Of a stretch of DNA of 64,000 bases, positions 1 to 10,089 are shown one piece after another; the stretch's first letter is position 1; each line of letters opens with the position of its first letter. The stretch covers positions 373,848-437,847 of the forward strand of contig JANQPO010000014.1 of the NCBI GenBank assembly GCA_028289445.1, read 5' to 3'. The stretch comes from Tepidamorphaceae bacterium (GTDB lineage: Bacteria; Pseudomonadota; Alphaproteobacteria; Rhizobiales; JAKSCL01). The notes beneath the pieces were generated by a model. That model searched no databases. It was not told the origin of the DNA and was given only the letters and a program-made list of their open reading frames with translations. A program made the translations under genes and the position numbers.

Positions 1-28
1 AAAGAAAAAGGGCCGGATCGCCCGGCCC
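1..28 (-). terminator. Rho-independent terminator of ndk
   Basis: Minus-strand transcript reads gggccgg-gcgat-ccggccc (7-bp GC stem, positions 28-10) followed by tttttcttt (9-1). It begins about 26 nt after the ndk stop codon. Confidence 0.75.
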
Positions 29-54
29 TTCGTCAAATCAGCGTGTCAAAGCCG

Positions 55-477
55 CTAGCCGACGATCTCACCATCGCTGAAGAAGAAAGCGATTTCGGTC
101 TTGGCGGTATCGGGACCGTCAGACCCGTGCACGGAGTTGGCCTCGATGGACTCGGCAAACTCGGCGCGAATGGTGCCGGGCGCAGCGTCTGCCGGGTTCG
201 TTGCGCCCATGACTTCGCGGTTTTGGCTGATCGCGTTCTCACCCTCCAGCACCTGAACGACCACCGGACCGGAAATCATGAACGTCACCAGATCGTTGAA
301 GAAGGGCCGCTCCTTATGGACCGCATAAAAGCCCTCGGCCTGATCCCGGGTCATGTGAATACGCTTGGAGGCGATGACGCGCAGGCCCGCAGCTTCGAGC
401 TTATCGGTGATCTTGCCGGTGATGTTGCGCCGGGTCGCGTCCGGCTTAATGATCGAAAAAGTACGCTCGATGGCCAT
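55..477 (-). CDS. ndk: Nucleoside diphosphate kinase
   Basis: 140-aa product [14 protein letters not shown]... with the catalytic-His motif [11 protein letters not shown] at 477 is preferred over the ORF-track start at 549 because the family N-terminus begins at MAIERT. Confidence 0.95.
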   Translation of the reverse strand: MAIERTFSIIKPDATRRNITGKITDKLEAAGLRVIASKRIHMTRDQAEGFYAVHKERPFFNDLVTFMISGPVVVQVLEGENAISQNREVMGATNPADAAPGTIRAEFAESIEANSVHGSDGPDTAKTEIAFFFSDGEIVG

Positions 478-698
478 CGGCCCCGTCCTTTCATGTGAAA
501 AAATCGTGGAGATCGCAGCGCTTATACTGAGGCCCGTCCCGGTCCGCAAGACGGCTCACCAAGCGATCTTGAACCGCACCCCTGGCAATGACGGTCGGCG
601 GGCTTGCACTGTACGCGGCGGCGTTCTTTGCTATGACCTGATGAACGATGCGGCAACGTCGCCGCCACGACAAAACAAACAGGCGAGCAAGAGCCCTG

Positions 699-1826
699 AT
701 GCTGACCCATGCAACACCGGACGCCGGCACGATCCTGGCCGGAATCGAACGCTGGACGAAAATCGAGAGCCACACCGCCGACCGCGATGGCGTCAACGCG
801 CTGATGGACGTCGTCGCTGCGGAGTGCGCGGAGATTGGCGCATCGGTCGAACGCATCCCCGGCACCGGCGGCTTCGGCGATCATCTGTCCGTGCGATCGT
901 CCTGGGGCGGCAACGGGAGATACCTACTCGTTCTCAGCCACCTCGACACGGTCCATCCCAAAGGAACGCTCGCGACCGATCTGCCGTTTCGGATTGACGG
1001 CGACCACGCCTACGGCCCCGGCATCTACGACATGAAGGGCGGCGCCTATATCGGCCTGACGGCCTTTAGAAGCCTGGCCGAAGCCGGCGGCTGCCCCCTG
1101 CCCGTCCGTATCCTCTACACAGCGGACGAGGAGGTCGGCAGCCCAACATCGCAGGCGCTGGTGGAGAGCGCCGCGAAGGATGCCGCCTACGTGCTTGTCA
1201 CCGAACCGGCGCGCGACGGCGGCAAGGTCGTGACCGCGCGCAAGGGCGTCGCTCGATTCGTCATGCGCGCTCGTGGGCGTCCAGCCCATTCCGGCAGCCG
1301 GCATCACGAAGGGCGTAGCGCCATCCGCGAGATCGCCCACCAAATTCTAGCCCTTGAAGCGATGACCGATTATGAGCGCGGCGTGACCGTCAACATCGGC
1401 ACGGTTCAAGGGGGAACCGGCTCCAACGTCATTCCGGAACACGCGGAGGCCCATGTCGACATTCGCGTGCCCACGGCGGAGGATGGTGAAGCCATGGTTG
1501 CCGCCGTGCACGCGCTGACGGCGCACGATCCCGATGTGACCCTGACGTTCGAGGGCGGCATGAACCGGCCGCCCTTCGAGCGCCTGCCAGGAACCGCAAC
1601 GCTCTTCGACAAGGCCAAAGCGTTAGCCGCTGAGATCGGCTTCACGCTGGAAGAGACTCATACTGGCGGCGGCTCCGACGGCAATTTCACGGCGCCGATC
1701 GCCCCCACGCTCGATGCGCTCGGCGTCGACGGCGAAGGGGCGCATACGCTGCACGAACATTTATTCGTTTCGTCGCTCGTGCCGCGCATGTTGCTCTTGC
1801 GTCGGTTGATGGAGACGTTGAGTTGA
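699..1826 (+). CDS. M20-family metallopeptidase (carboxypeptidase G2 / glutamate carboxypeptidase-like)
   Basis: M20 metal-ligand motifs SHLDTVH, DMKGG, TADEEVGS, HTGGGSDGN. ATG at 699 (MLTHAT...) chosen; the upstream Arg-rich extension looks spurious. Confidence 0.8.
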   Translation: MLTHATPDAGTILAGIERWTKIESHTADRDGVNALMDVVAAECAEIGASVERIPGTGGFGDHLSVRSSWGGNGRYLLVLSHLDTVHPKGTLATDLPFRIDGDHAYGPGIYDMKGGAYIGLTAFRSLAEAGGCPLPVRILYTADEEVGSPTSQALVESAAKDAAYVLVTEPARDGGKVVTARKGVARFVMRARGRPAHSGSRHHEGRSAIREIAHQILALEAMTDYERGVTVNIGTVQGGTGSNVIPEHAEAHVDIRVPTAEDGEAMVAAVHALTAHDPDVTLTFEGGMNRPPFERLPGTATLFDKAKALAAEIGFTLEETHTGGGSDGNFTAPIAPTLDALGVDGEGAHTLHEHLFVSSLVPRMLLLRRLMETLS

Positions 1827-1879
1827 GGCGGTGACCTTCGCAAGTCCACTGTAGAAGACGCTTTCGGCCAGAAGCCCCA

Positions 1880-2659
1880 TTAAGCCGCTTTGCGCGCCGA
1901 AACGACGTAGTGGGTCAACGAAAAGAAGAAGCGCCGCTGCCGGATGAGCGCTTCTTGCTCTTCCCGCCAAGCCTGTACGATCGGTGCATCGATCAAATTC
2001 TTCTGCACGGCATATTGCTCCATCAGGACCATCAGCATGCGTGCAAGGCCGTCCATGCGGCCTTCCGTGTCGCAGCAAACGATCGGACTCACCGCCTCAA
2101 CCAGAAACCCGGCATCCCGCATCAGTTGGGGCAAAAGTGCCGGAACGCAGCGCTCAACGAGGTGCCCATCCCAGGCCCTCGCCATGGCCGACATGCGGTC
2201 CCGATCTTCGCTGAACCAGACGAGACTATCGAAGTGCATATCTCCGACAACCAGTCGGCCACCGGCCCGAAGGACGCGATAAGCCTCGGCCAGAGCACCT
2301 GGGATATCGCTCAGATACTCGAACACCTGGATGGAGGCCGCCTTGTCCACGCTTACGTTATCCAAGGGCAGGTTGTCCGCGGTCCCAACCTCAAGCCGCA
2401 CGTTCGAACGGCCATCCAATCGAACCTTGGCGGCATCCAGCATCTCCTGGCTCGGATCGATTCCGATCACCTCACCCGCATCGCCGACCGCGCGGGAGAG
2501 TTCGAGCATGAAGTGACCGGCACCGCAGCCGATGTCGACCACGCGATCGCCGGGACCAACATCCAAAGCGCGCGCGTTGGCCAATCGCCGAAGCGTGAAG
2601 TCGCCACCCTCATAGGCCTCATCAAGCAATCGCGCGGTCTTTTGGTCGAATTGCAGCAT
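1880..2659 (-). CDS. Class I SAM-dependent methyltransferase (Methyltransf_11-like)
   Basis: 259-aa ORF with SAM-binding motif I VVDIGCGAGHF and post-I acidic residue (GIDPS). ATG start. Confidence 0.8.
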   Translation of the reverse strand: MLQFDQKTARLLDEAYEGGDFTLRRLANARALDVGPGDRVVDIGCGAGHFMLELSRAVGDAGEVIGIDPSQEMLDAAKVRLDGRSNVRLEVGTADNLPLDNVSVDKAASIQVFEYLSDIPGALAEAYRVLRAGGRLVVGDMHFDSLVWFSEDRDRMSAMARAWDGHLVERCVPALLPQLMRDAGFLVEAVSPIVCCDTEGRMDGLARMLMVLMEQYAVQKNLIDAPIVQAWREEQEALIRQRRFFFSLTHYVVSARKAA

Positions 2660-2781
2660 GGTTGTCCGGCCTCATACCTCTTTGTCCCTACGTCGGCGAT
2701 ATTGCCAATGTTGGTGAAAGTTCAGCAAGCCGGACACCTAAAAGCGTGATTCAGCTTCGCCGGACTTGGGGCGCAATCAAG

Positions 2782-3963
2782 CTAAGTTGCCGTGAAGACC
2801 TTCGACTGGGTGTCCTGGCCCTTGAGGACTTCCTCAGCGACAAGGACAGATGACCCGCTCAGACGCCGCGCGAACTCTTCGGAGAACAAGATCGGCCGGT
2901 CGAGCTTGCCACACAGGCCCTCGATCCGTGACGCGATGTTCACGGCCTGGCCCAACACCGTGAAGTCCAGTCGGGTTTTCGAGCCGATATTGCCATAGAG
3001 AACTTCGCCGTAGTGCATGCCGATACCGAACTGGACGTAGTCATCCAGCCCTGAGTCCCGCGCGTTTTGGAGAGCCTCTCGTCCGGCTGCCAACGCGCGT
3101 ATGCATTCACGGCCAGACCCTTGTTCGTCGTCGGCGGAGGGAAACACAGCCAAAACGCCATCGCCGAGGAATTTGAGGATTTCGCCGCCATTGACCTCAA
3201 TCGCTTCCGCAACCGTCTCAAAATAGCGATTCGCCAGCTCCAAGGCGTCCGCGCTGCCGATACGGCTGTTGAGACCGGTCCAATCGCGAATATCGCTCAC
3301 CACGATCGCGGCGGTCATCGTCTCGATATTGCCGCGCGTGATCTGCCCATTGAGAACACGGCGGCCCGTTCTTGGGCCGAGATAGGCGTCGGCGATCGCC
3401 TCTGAAACGCGTCGCGCATTGAATGCGGCGACAACGGGAGCGGTCACGGCGGCAATCCGCGAAAAATGTGCGATGTCGGCGTCCGAGAAGCCGTGCTCCA
3501 CATCCGTCACGAAGATCATGATCGCGCGACTGATGTCGGAAAACCTGGTCGGCAGACCGAAATAGTCGGTTCCGCCCATCTCCTTCAACTCATGCAAGAC
3601 AATATGGGCGTCATCGGGTAGCGGATCCATGAGCCGTATACGTAGGGGCGCGCCCGTCTCGCTGATGGTTTGCATCGGGCTGCCGATATAGCCGGACCGT
3701 GCTTCGAGCCCATGGGTCGATTCGATCTGCTCGATTGTGTCGCGATCTCGCTCCCACACCGACGAGGTTGCCGCAATGAGCGGATGCAAAGTCCGCATTG
3801 AGAGCCGCAGTCTCCAAACCGGCGCCCCGCTCGCCAATAATCGCTCGCCAAGCTGAGCGACCAGGTGGTCGACATCAGCAGCGGACGGGCCTTCGGTTAA
3901 GAGCCACTCGATGATCGGCTCCGCGTCCCATGGCTTCGGTGTGCTTGGATGTTTGCTCGGCAT
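2782..3963 (-). CDS. Class III adenylate/guanylate cyclase with uncharacterised N-terminal domain
   Basis: C-terminal cyclase catalytic domain: AIVVSDIRDWTGL, FLGDGVLAVF, GIGMHYGEVLYGNIGS, DFTVLGQAVNIASRIE. About 200 N-terminal residues have no TM helix and no motif I recognise. Confidence 0.85.
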   Translation of the reverse strand: MPSKHPSTPKPWDAEPIIEWLLTEGPSAADVDHLVAQLGERLLASGAPVWRLRLSMRTLHPLIAATSSVWERDRDTIEQIESTHGLEARSGYIGSPMQTISETGAPLRIRLMDPLPDDAHIVLHELKEMGGTDYFGLPTRFSDISRAIMIFVTDVEHGFSDADIAHFSRIAAVTAPVVAAFNARRVSEAIADAYLGPRTGRRVLNGQITRGNIETMTAAIVVSDIRDWTGLNSRIGSADALELANRYFETVAEAIEVNGGEILKFLGDGVLAVFPSADDEQGSGRECIRALAAGREALQNARDSGLDDYVQFGIGMHYGEVLYGNIGSKTRLDFTVLGQAVNIASRIEGLCGKLDRPILFSEEFARRLSGSSVLVAEEVLKGQDTQSKVFTAT

Positions 3964-4087
3964 GTTCCGTCCGATCAGGACGGCCTCGGGCCGTCAGCTG
4001 TGACTGCGCTCCTAAAGATAAGGCCGGTCATGAATATCGCCAGCCCGCGCCCTTGCGCATGCTTTCATTCCGCGCCAAAAGCCCGCC

Positions 4088-5992
4088 ATGCTGCACGTCA
4101 ACAATCTGACATATCGGATCGCCGGCCGGGTGTTGTTCGACAACGCCACCATCGCCATTCCCGATGGTGCGCGGGTCGGCCTCGTCGGCCAGAACGGAGC
4201 GGGCAAGACGACGCTCTTCCACCTGATTACCGGCGCGCTTCATGCCGATGAGGGTAGCGTTTCCGTGCGCAAGGGCGCCCGCATCGGTCAGGTCGCGCAA
4301 GAAGCGCCGGGCGACCCTCAAACCTTGCTCGATTTCGTGCTGGCCGCCGATACGGAGCGCGAAGCACTCTTGGCGGAGGCGGAAACGGCACATGACGCGC
4401 ACCGGATCGCCGAAATCCAACTTCGGCTCTCGGATATCGATGCCCACGCGGCGCCGGCTCGCGCTGCGACGATCTTGAACGGACTGGGCTTCGATACGGC
4501 GGCGCAGGCAAAGCCTTGTTCGGACTATTCCGGCGGATGGCGCATGCGCGTTGCGCTTGCGGCAGTCCTCTTCGCCGAACCGGACCTGCTTCTCCTCGAT
4601 GAGCCGACGAATTATCTCGATCTGGAAGGCGTGATGTGGCTGGAGGCCTACCTTGCGCGGTATCCCCACACCATTGTCGTCATCAGTCACGACCGTGACC
4701 TCTTGAACGGCGCGGTCAACACCATCGTCCACCTGCACAAACGTAAACTAACCGCCTATCGCGGCGGCTATGACCAATTCGAGCGCAAACGACGCGAGCA
4801 ACAGGCGCTTGATCTCAAACTAAAGAAGAAACAGGACGCCGCGCGCCGTCACATGCAAGCCTTCGTCGACCGGTTCCGCTACAAGGCCTCAAAGGCGCGC
4901 CAGGCGCAAAGCCGCATCAAGATGCTGGAGAAGATGGAGCCGATTGTCGCACTGGTCGACGATCAGGTCAGGCCCTTTCACCTGCCCAATCCAGGCAAGC
5001 GCATGGCGCCACCGATCGTGCAGATGACCGAGGCCAGCGTCGGCTATGAACCGGGCAAACCCGTCCTACGCGATCTGACGTTGCGCATCGACGATGACGA
5101 CAGGATCGGCCTGCTCGGCGCCAATGGCAATGGTAAGTCTACATTAGCAAAACTTATATCCGGTCGTCTGACAACAGACTCTGGCCGAATGAAGCCATTG
5201 CATAAGCTACAGATTTCCTATTTTGCACAGCACCAACTCGACGAACTCAACCCAGGCGACTCCGCCTACGACCATGTTCGGGCACTGATGCCGGACGCCA
5301 CCATTGCACAGGTCCGGTCGCGGACCGCGCAAATGGGGTTCGGCGCCGACAAAGCCGATACTCCGGCGGAAAAGCTCTCAGGTGGCGAGAAAGCCCGCCT
5401 CCAGTTGGGGATCGCCACGTTCAACGGCCCGCACCTGATCATTCTCGACGAGCCGACGAACCATCTCGATGCCGACAGCCGCGAAGCGCTGGTCGACGCG
5501 CTGAACACGTATGAAGGCGCGGTTATCATCATCAGTCACGATCGGCACCTGCTGGAACGCACCGTCGATCGGCTGTGGCTCGTGGATGGCGGAACCGTTG
5601 CGCCCTATGAGGGCGATCTCGACGACTATCGGCGCTTTCTGCTCAATCTTAGAAAGGCCGGCGGTGACCGGCCCACTGCCACCAAGACGGTATCGGAACC
5701 CACGATCTCGGCCGCCGCGCGCCGCCGCGAGACCGCCAAGAAGCGTGAGAGCCTTGCGCCAATGCGTCGCGACATCGAGGCACTTGAGGCAGAGATCGCG
5801 CAGTTGGACACCGATATCGCCAGCTACGACCGGACACTCGCCGATCCGGACGTCTTCTCAAAAGACCCGGCTAACGGGGCCGCTATTGCCAAATCACGCG
5901 CGGATGCCGTGGCGCGCCGGGAGGAGGCTGAGCATCGCTGGCTTATGTTGTCGGACACGCTTGAACAAGCACTTGCCGAAATCGCGGGCTAG
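4088..5992 (+). CDS. ABC-F family ATPase (Uup/YheS-like; two fused ABC cassettes, no membrane domain)
   Basis: Walker A GQNGAGKTT and GANGNGKST. Signatures LSGGWRMR and LSGGEKAR. Walker B LLLLDEPTN and LIILDEPTN. Charged coiled-coil linker and C-terminus. Confidence 0.92.
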   Translation: MLHVNNLTYRIAGRVLFDNATIAIPDGARVGLVGQNGAGKTTLFHLITGALHADEGSVSVRKGARIGQVAQEAPGDPQTLLDFVLAADTEREALLAEAETAHDAHRIAEIQLRLSDIDAHAAPARAATILNGLGFDTAAQAKPCSDYSGGWRMRVALAAVLFAEPDLLLLDEPTNYLDLEGVMWLEAYLARYPHTIVVISHDRDLLNGAVNTIVHLHKRKLTAYRGGYDQFERKRREQQALDLKLKKKQDAARRHMQAFVDRFRYKASKARQAQSRIKMLEKMEPIVALVDDQVRPFHLPNPGKRMAPPIVQMTEASVGYEPGKPVLRDLTLRIDDDDRIGLLGANGNGKSTLAKLISGRLTTDSGRMKPLHKLQISYFAQHQLDELNPGDSAYDHVRALMPDATIAQVRSRTAQMGFGADKADTPAEKLSGGEKARLQLGIATFNGPHLIILDEPTNHLDADSREALVDALNTYEGAVIIISHDRHLLERTVDRLWLVDGGTVAPYEGDLDDYRRFLLNLRKAGGDRPTATKTVSEPTISAAARRRETAKKRESLAPMRRDIEALEAEIAQLDTDIASYDRTLADPDVFSKDPANGAAIAKSRADAVARREEAEHRWLMLSDTLEQALAEIAG

Positions 5993-6681
5993 TTTCTTAC
6001 CAGGACGAGCCGAACGTGTGGAACGCGGCGTCCATCGGACTTCTCGACGATGTAATCGAATCTATCCCCGACATTTAGCCCTTCGGCGCTGAAACGCTCC
6101 AGTTCGGATGGCCGCAGTGGCCAAGGCGGGCCATCGATCTCCGCATCTTCGGTAGCCGTGCGCGCAATGATGACAAGCCGACCGCCCCGCGCCACGAAAC
6201 GGGCAATGGCCGGGATCGCGGCCGCCCGCATGTCACCATAGAGCGCTTGGATGGTGTAACACTCGTGGACGAGATCGAAGGCACCGTGCCACGCCGCCGG
6301 CGGGTCGAGCAGATCGGCGATCACATAATCGACAAGCGTGCCTGGAAACCGCATGCGCGCCCAAGAAATGGCATCGTCGACCAGATCGAAAGCCGTTGTG
6401 CGATAGCCGGCGGCAGCCAGCGCCTCTGCGTTGTCGCCCAGGCCACACGCTACGTCGAGCGCCCGCCGCCCCTCGCCCGGATTGTCACCGAGCCAATCGA
6501 TGAGTTCCGGTTTGGCGGTAAGGTCAGCCCAGGGAACGTTCGCCTCGTCGCCATCGGCGGTCGCATAGACATGGTGAAACCAGCGATTACGATTGTCCCG
6601 ATCGCCACCCTTGGCGCCCTCCAGAGCATCCAGGCGGGTTCTGGCCGCCAGACGACGAGCCTCGAACACAGCGTCGGTCAC
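5989..6681 (-). CDS. SAM-dependent methyltransferase
   Basis: 230-aa ORF with motif I LDVACGLGDNA. GTG start overlaps the holC stop (GTGA), suggesting translational coupling in a pepA-holC-methyltransferase operon. Confidence 0.7.
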   Translation of the reverse strand: MTDAVFEARRLAARTRLDALEGAKGGDRDNRNRWFHHVYATADGDEANVPWADLTAKPELIDWLGDNPGEGRRALDVACGLGDNAEALAAAGYRTTAFDLVDDAISWARMRFPGTLVDYVIADLLDPPAAWHGAFDLVHECYTIQALYGDMRAAAIPAIARFVARGGRLVIIARTATEDAEIDGPPWPLRPSELERFSAEGLNVGDRFDYIVEKSDGRRVPHVRLVLVRN

Positions 6682-7127
6682 GCCTTCTTCTCCCAGGCGC
6701 CGCGGTCGTTTTCCTGCCAGTAGACGGCATTATGGGGTCCGGCCGAGAGCGTCTTCCAGTAGGCCCGCGCGGTTTCGACCGCCGCCGGATCGCGGCCGTC
6801 GAACAAGTAGATGACGCGCTCATAGGCATCGGGGTCGTCGACCTCCGCGCCATCGATCAGGAAGCGCACGTCGGCGCTGTTGGCATTGGCGGCGTTGTCG
6901 ATCAAAAGGATCGGCTGGTCGGGTGCTTCGGGTTCGCCGGCCAAACCATGAGGCAGAAAGGACTCGTCCCGATAGGTCCATAAATGCCCGTCCAACGAGG
7001 TGAGCCGTTCCTTGTCGGGCCCTTCGACACACGCGCGCCAGCCGCGTTCCAGCGTCTTCTCCAGGAGCGTCGGCAGAACGTCTTCCAGACGGCGGCGTTG
7101 CAGGTGATAGAACCAGACTTCGGCCAT
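6678..7127 (-). CDS. holC: DNA polymerase III subunit chi
   Basis: 149-aa product MAEVWFYHLQRRRLEDVLPTLLEK...HLWTYRDESFLPHG is typical chi. It lies directly downstream of pepA, as in E. coli. Confidence 0.88.
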   Translation of the reverse strand: MAEVWFYHLQRRRLEDVLPTLLEKTLERGWRACVEGPDKERLTSLDGHLWTYRDESFLPHGLAGEPEAPDQPILLIDNAANANSADVRFLIDGAEVDDPDAYERVIYLFDGRDPAAVETARAYWKTLSAGPHNAVYWQENDRGAWEKKA

Positions 7128-7136
7128 CGATCCGCG

Positions 7137-8636
7137 CTAGCCTTCGTAGTTGTCCGCCACTAGCCTGTCGAGAAGGCGAACGCCGAAGCCGGAAGCCCAT
7201 CCTTGGCTGATGGCGGTCTTCGGCGATCCCATCGCGGTTCCGGCAATATCGAGGTGCGCCCACGGCACGCCGTCTTCGATGAACCGCTGCAGAAACTGCG
7301 CGGCAGTCACCGCACCACCCCAGCGCCCCCCGGTGTTCTTCATATCGGCAAACTTGGAGTCGATCATCTTGTCGTAGGCCTTGCCGAGCGGCATGCGCCA
7401 AACGCCCTCCCCGGTCGCTTCCGAAGCGGCAAGAAGTTGCGCGGCAAGCTCGTCGTCATTGGAGAAGAGCCCGGCGTTCTCCGAACCCAGGGCGACCATG
7501 ATTGCCCCGGTCAAAGTCGCCAGATCGATAACGCACTTCGGCCGGAACGTCTTTTGCGCGTACCAAAGAGCGTCACACAGCACCAAGCGGCCTTCGGCGT
7601 CGGTGTTGATGACCTCGATCGTCTGTCCCGACATCGAGGTCACAATATCACCCGGCCTTTGTGCCCGGCCATCCGGCATGTTTTCCACGAGACCCAGAAT
7701 GCCGACCGCGTTGACCTTGGCCTTGCGACCGGCCAGCGCGTGCATGAGGCCGATCACGGCAGCCGCGCCACCCATGTCGCCCTTCATATCTTCCATACCC
7801 GCCGGCGGTTTGAGCGAAACGCCGCCGGTGTCGAAGACGACGCCCTTGCCGACAAAACAGACTGGCGGCTCTTTCTTCTTTCCGCCGGCCCACTCGATAA
7901 CTGCCAAGCGACTCTCGCGTTCGCTACCCCGGCCAACGGCTAGCAACGCATCCATCTTCTTCGCGGCCATCTGGCGCTCGGTCAAAACGGTGACCTTGGC
8001 GCCGAGCGCGGTGAGTGCCTTAGCCTCGGCTGCGAATTCCTCCGGTCCAAGCGTGTTGGCCGGCTCGTTCACCAGGTTTCGAGCGAGGATCGTACCATCA
8101 ACCACCGGGCGCCGTGCTGAAAAGGCCCGCCGCGCAGCGGCCGGGTTATCGGCCATGATTGCGATCCGAGCGGCCTTCTTTCGTCCTGTGTCGTCATCAT
8201 CCACCCTGGTCTTGTACTTGTCGAAGGCGTAGGCGCGCAGCAACAGGCCCTCGGCCAGAGCCGCCAACGACGACGCATCCGGCGAGCCGCCGCCAGGCGC
8301 AACCTCTGGGAAGATTGCCACCATCTGGCCGTGCTTTATCCTGGCCGCCAGCTTTCCACCCAATGCCAACCAGGCCGCCAGATCGCCATCGTCGCCAACA
8401 GCTGCCACGATGACCCGATCAAGCCCGGTCCCCTGCGGCGCCAAGACCTCGATCGCCGCACCGGATTTGGCCTTGAAACCGGCGGCCTTCATCGCTCGTG
8501 TCAGCTGCCCATCGCTTGCTTCGTCCAGCGCGAGGCCCGCTTCGGCAAGCGTCTTATCGTCGACCGCTTGGACGATCACGGTGCCGCTCTTTTGCGGCGC
8601 GGTTTTCTTGAAGGTGATGGCGGGCAATTGGGCCAC
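7137..8636 (-). CDS. pepA: Leucyl aminopeptidase (M17)
   Basis: M17 motifs [11 protein letters not shown] and [14 protein letters not shown]. 499 aa, GTG start. Divergent from lptF as in E. coli. Confidence 0.95.
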   Translation of the reverse strand: MAQLPAITFKKTAPQKSGTVIVQAVDDKTLAEAGLALDEASDGQLTRAMKAAGFKAKSGAAIEVLAPQGTGLDRVIVAAVGDDGDLAAWLALGGKLAARIKHGQMVAIFPEVAPGGGSPDASSLAALAEGLLLRAYAFDKYKTRVDDDDTGRKKAARIAIMADNPAAARRAFSARRPVVDGTILARNLVNEPANTLGPEEFAAEAKALTALGAKVTVLTERQMAAKKMDALLAVGRGSERESRLAVIEWAGGKKKEPPVCFVGKGVVFDTGGVSLKPPAGMEDMKGDMGGAAAVIGLMHALAGRKAKVNAVGILGLVENMPDGRAQRPGDIVTSMSGQTIEVINTDAEGRLVLCDALWYAQKTFRPKCVIDLATLTGAIMVALGSENAGLFSNDDELAAQLLAASEATGEGVWRMPLGKAYDKMIDSKFADMKNTGGRWGGAVTAAQFLQRFIEDGVPWAHLDIAGTAMGSPKTAISQGWASGFGVRLLDRLVADNYEG

Positions 8637-8874
8637 GGCTTTCCCCTAACTGTCGTTTGTCGAATCCGCTTAACGGGAAGTTGTACGGTGTGCCGCCTAA
8701 ACCGGTGGAATTCAACACCAAGTTGGTCCAATTTCCGTCATGTTGCGGGTTATGATCGCGTCTTTGCGGGGGCTGCTCGCCCATTGGGACCGGTCGAGTG
8801 ACGACAATCGCGGGTGATCCGCGATCGTCGACTGAAGCAAAGTATGGCGAAACGAGAGCTGGAACATCTCGTCG

Positions 8875-10089
8875 ATGGGTATTTTGGGGCGTTACATTTT
8901 GAAGCAGGTTCTGGGCGTTTCGGCGCTCTGCCTTCTAACGCTCACCGGCATCTTATGGTTAACCCAGGCGCTTGAGCGCTTGGATTTGTTGACCAGCAAA
9001 GGGCACGCGCTCTCGGTCTTCATCGGGCTAACGCTGCTGTCGCTTCCAGGCATGCTCGTGGTGATCGCCCCGGTCGCGTTTTTCATCGGCTGTCTTTACG
9101 TTCTCAACCGACTGAACAACGACAGTGAGTTGGTCGTGATCTCTGCATCAGGGGCATCGCGCTGGTTCATCATGCGCCCATTCATCGTCGCCGGTCTGAT
9201 CGTGACGGTGCTGATGTATTCCGCGACCCTTCACTACGTGCCCATGACCTGGCGGCTCTTCCGCGATCTGATCACGGAAGTGCGATCCGATGTCCTTGCC
9301 AGTGTTGTGCAGGAGGGATCGTTTTCATCGCCGGAGGACGGCGTCGTCTTTCATGTCAGGCAGCGTGCGCGCGACGGAACGATGCGCGGGCTCCTTGTCC
9401 ACGACAATCGCGATCCGTCTCAGCACTTCACCTATTTGGCGGAGCGCGCCTGGATTATTTCAGAGGCGGATAGCGCCGTTCTGATCATGGACGACGGTTC
9501 GGTGCATCGCAGAATTCTGAGTACGCAGGCCGGCGAACCGGACGAAACGTCAATCGTCACGTTTGAGCGCTATGCACTCGACCTGTCGCAGTTTGCCGCG
9601 GCACGGCAGCAATCCGCTCCCAAACCGCGCGAGCGGACCATGCAGGAACTGCTAAGTCCGGCACCTGACGACCCGCGCTGGCTGCGGCAGCCGGGCAAGT
9701 TTCGGTCCGAACTCAATGAGCGGTTGACCGGCCCGCTCTATCCTCTTGTCTATGGCATGATCGCTTTGGCGACCGTCGGCTTTGCTCGCTCAAGCCGCGA
9801 ACGGCGCATGCTTGGATTTGCGGTTGCGGTGATCGCCGTGCTCGCAGTTCGCCTCAGCGGGTTCGGCGCGGTCAACATGTCGACAAACGTGCCCGCAGCC
9901 ACCATCGCGGTTTTCGCAATCCCGGTCGTCAGTTTCCTTGTCGCCGGATTGTTTGCAACCGGACTGCTGCGCAATGCGGCCGCCGCGCGGCACCTCGCGC
10001 GGATGTCGGACACGATTTCAACAATGATCCGTCATCGGATTCCGAGCCAGCAACTCCCCGGCGACGACCGAAGCACGTCCGCGCCATGA
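8875..10089 (+). CDS. lptF: LPS export ABC permease LptF
   Basis: YjgP/YjgQ-family polytopic membrane protein of 404 aa. ATGA overlap with the following paralogue. Synteny with pepA and lptG. Confidence 0.88.
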   Translation: MGILGRYILKQVLGVSALCLLTLTGILWLTQALERLDLLTSKGHALSVFIGLTLLSLPGMLVVIAPVAFFIGCLYVLNRLNNDSELVVISASGASRWFIMRPFIVAGLIVTVLMYSATLHYVPMTWRLFRDLITEVRSDVLASVVQEGSFSSPEDGVVFHVRQRARDGTMRGLLVHDNRDPSQHFTYLAERAWIISEADSAVLIMDDGSVHRRILSTQAGEPDETSIVTFERYALDLSQFAAARQQSAPKPRERTMQELLSPAPDDPRWLRQPGKFRSELNERLTGPLYPLVYGMIALATVGFARSSRERRMLGFAVAVIAVLAVRLSGFGAVNMSTNVPAATIAVFAIPVVSFLVAGLFATGLLRNAAAARHLARMSDTISTMIRHRIPSQQLPGDDRSTSAP

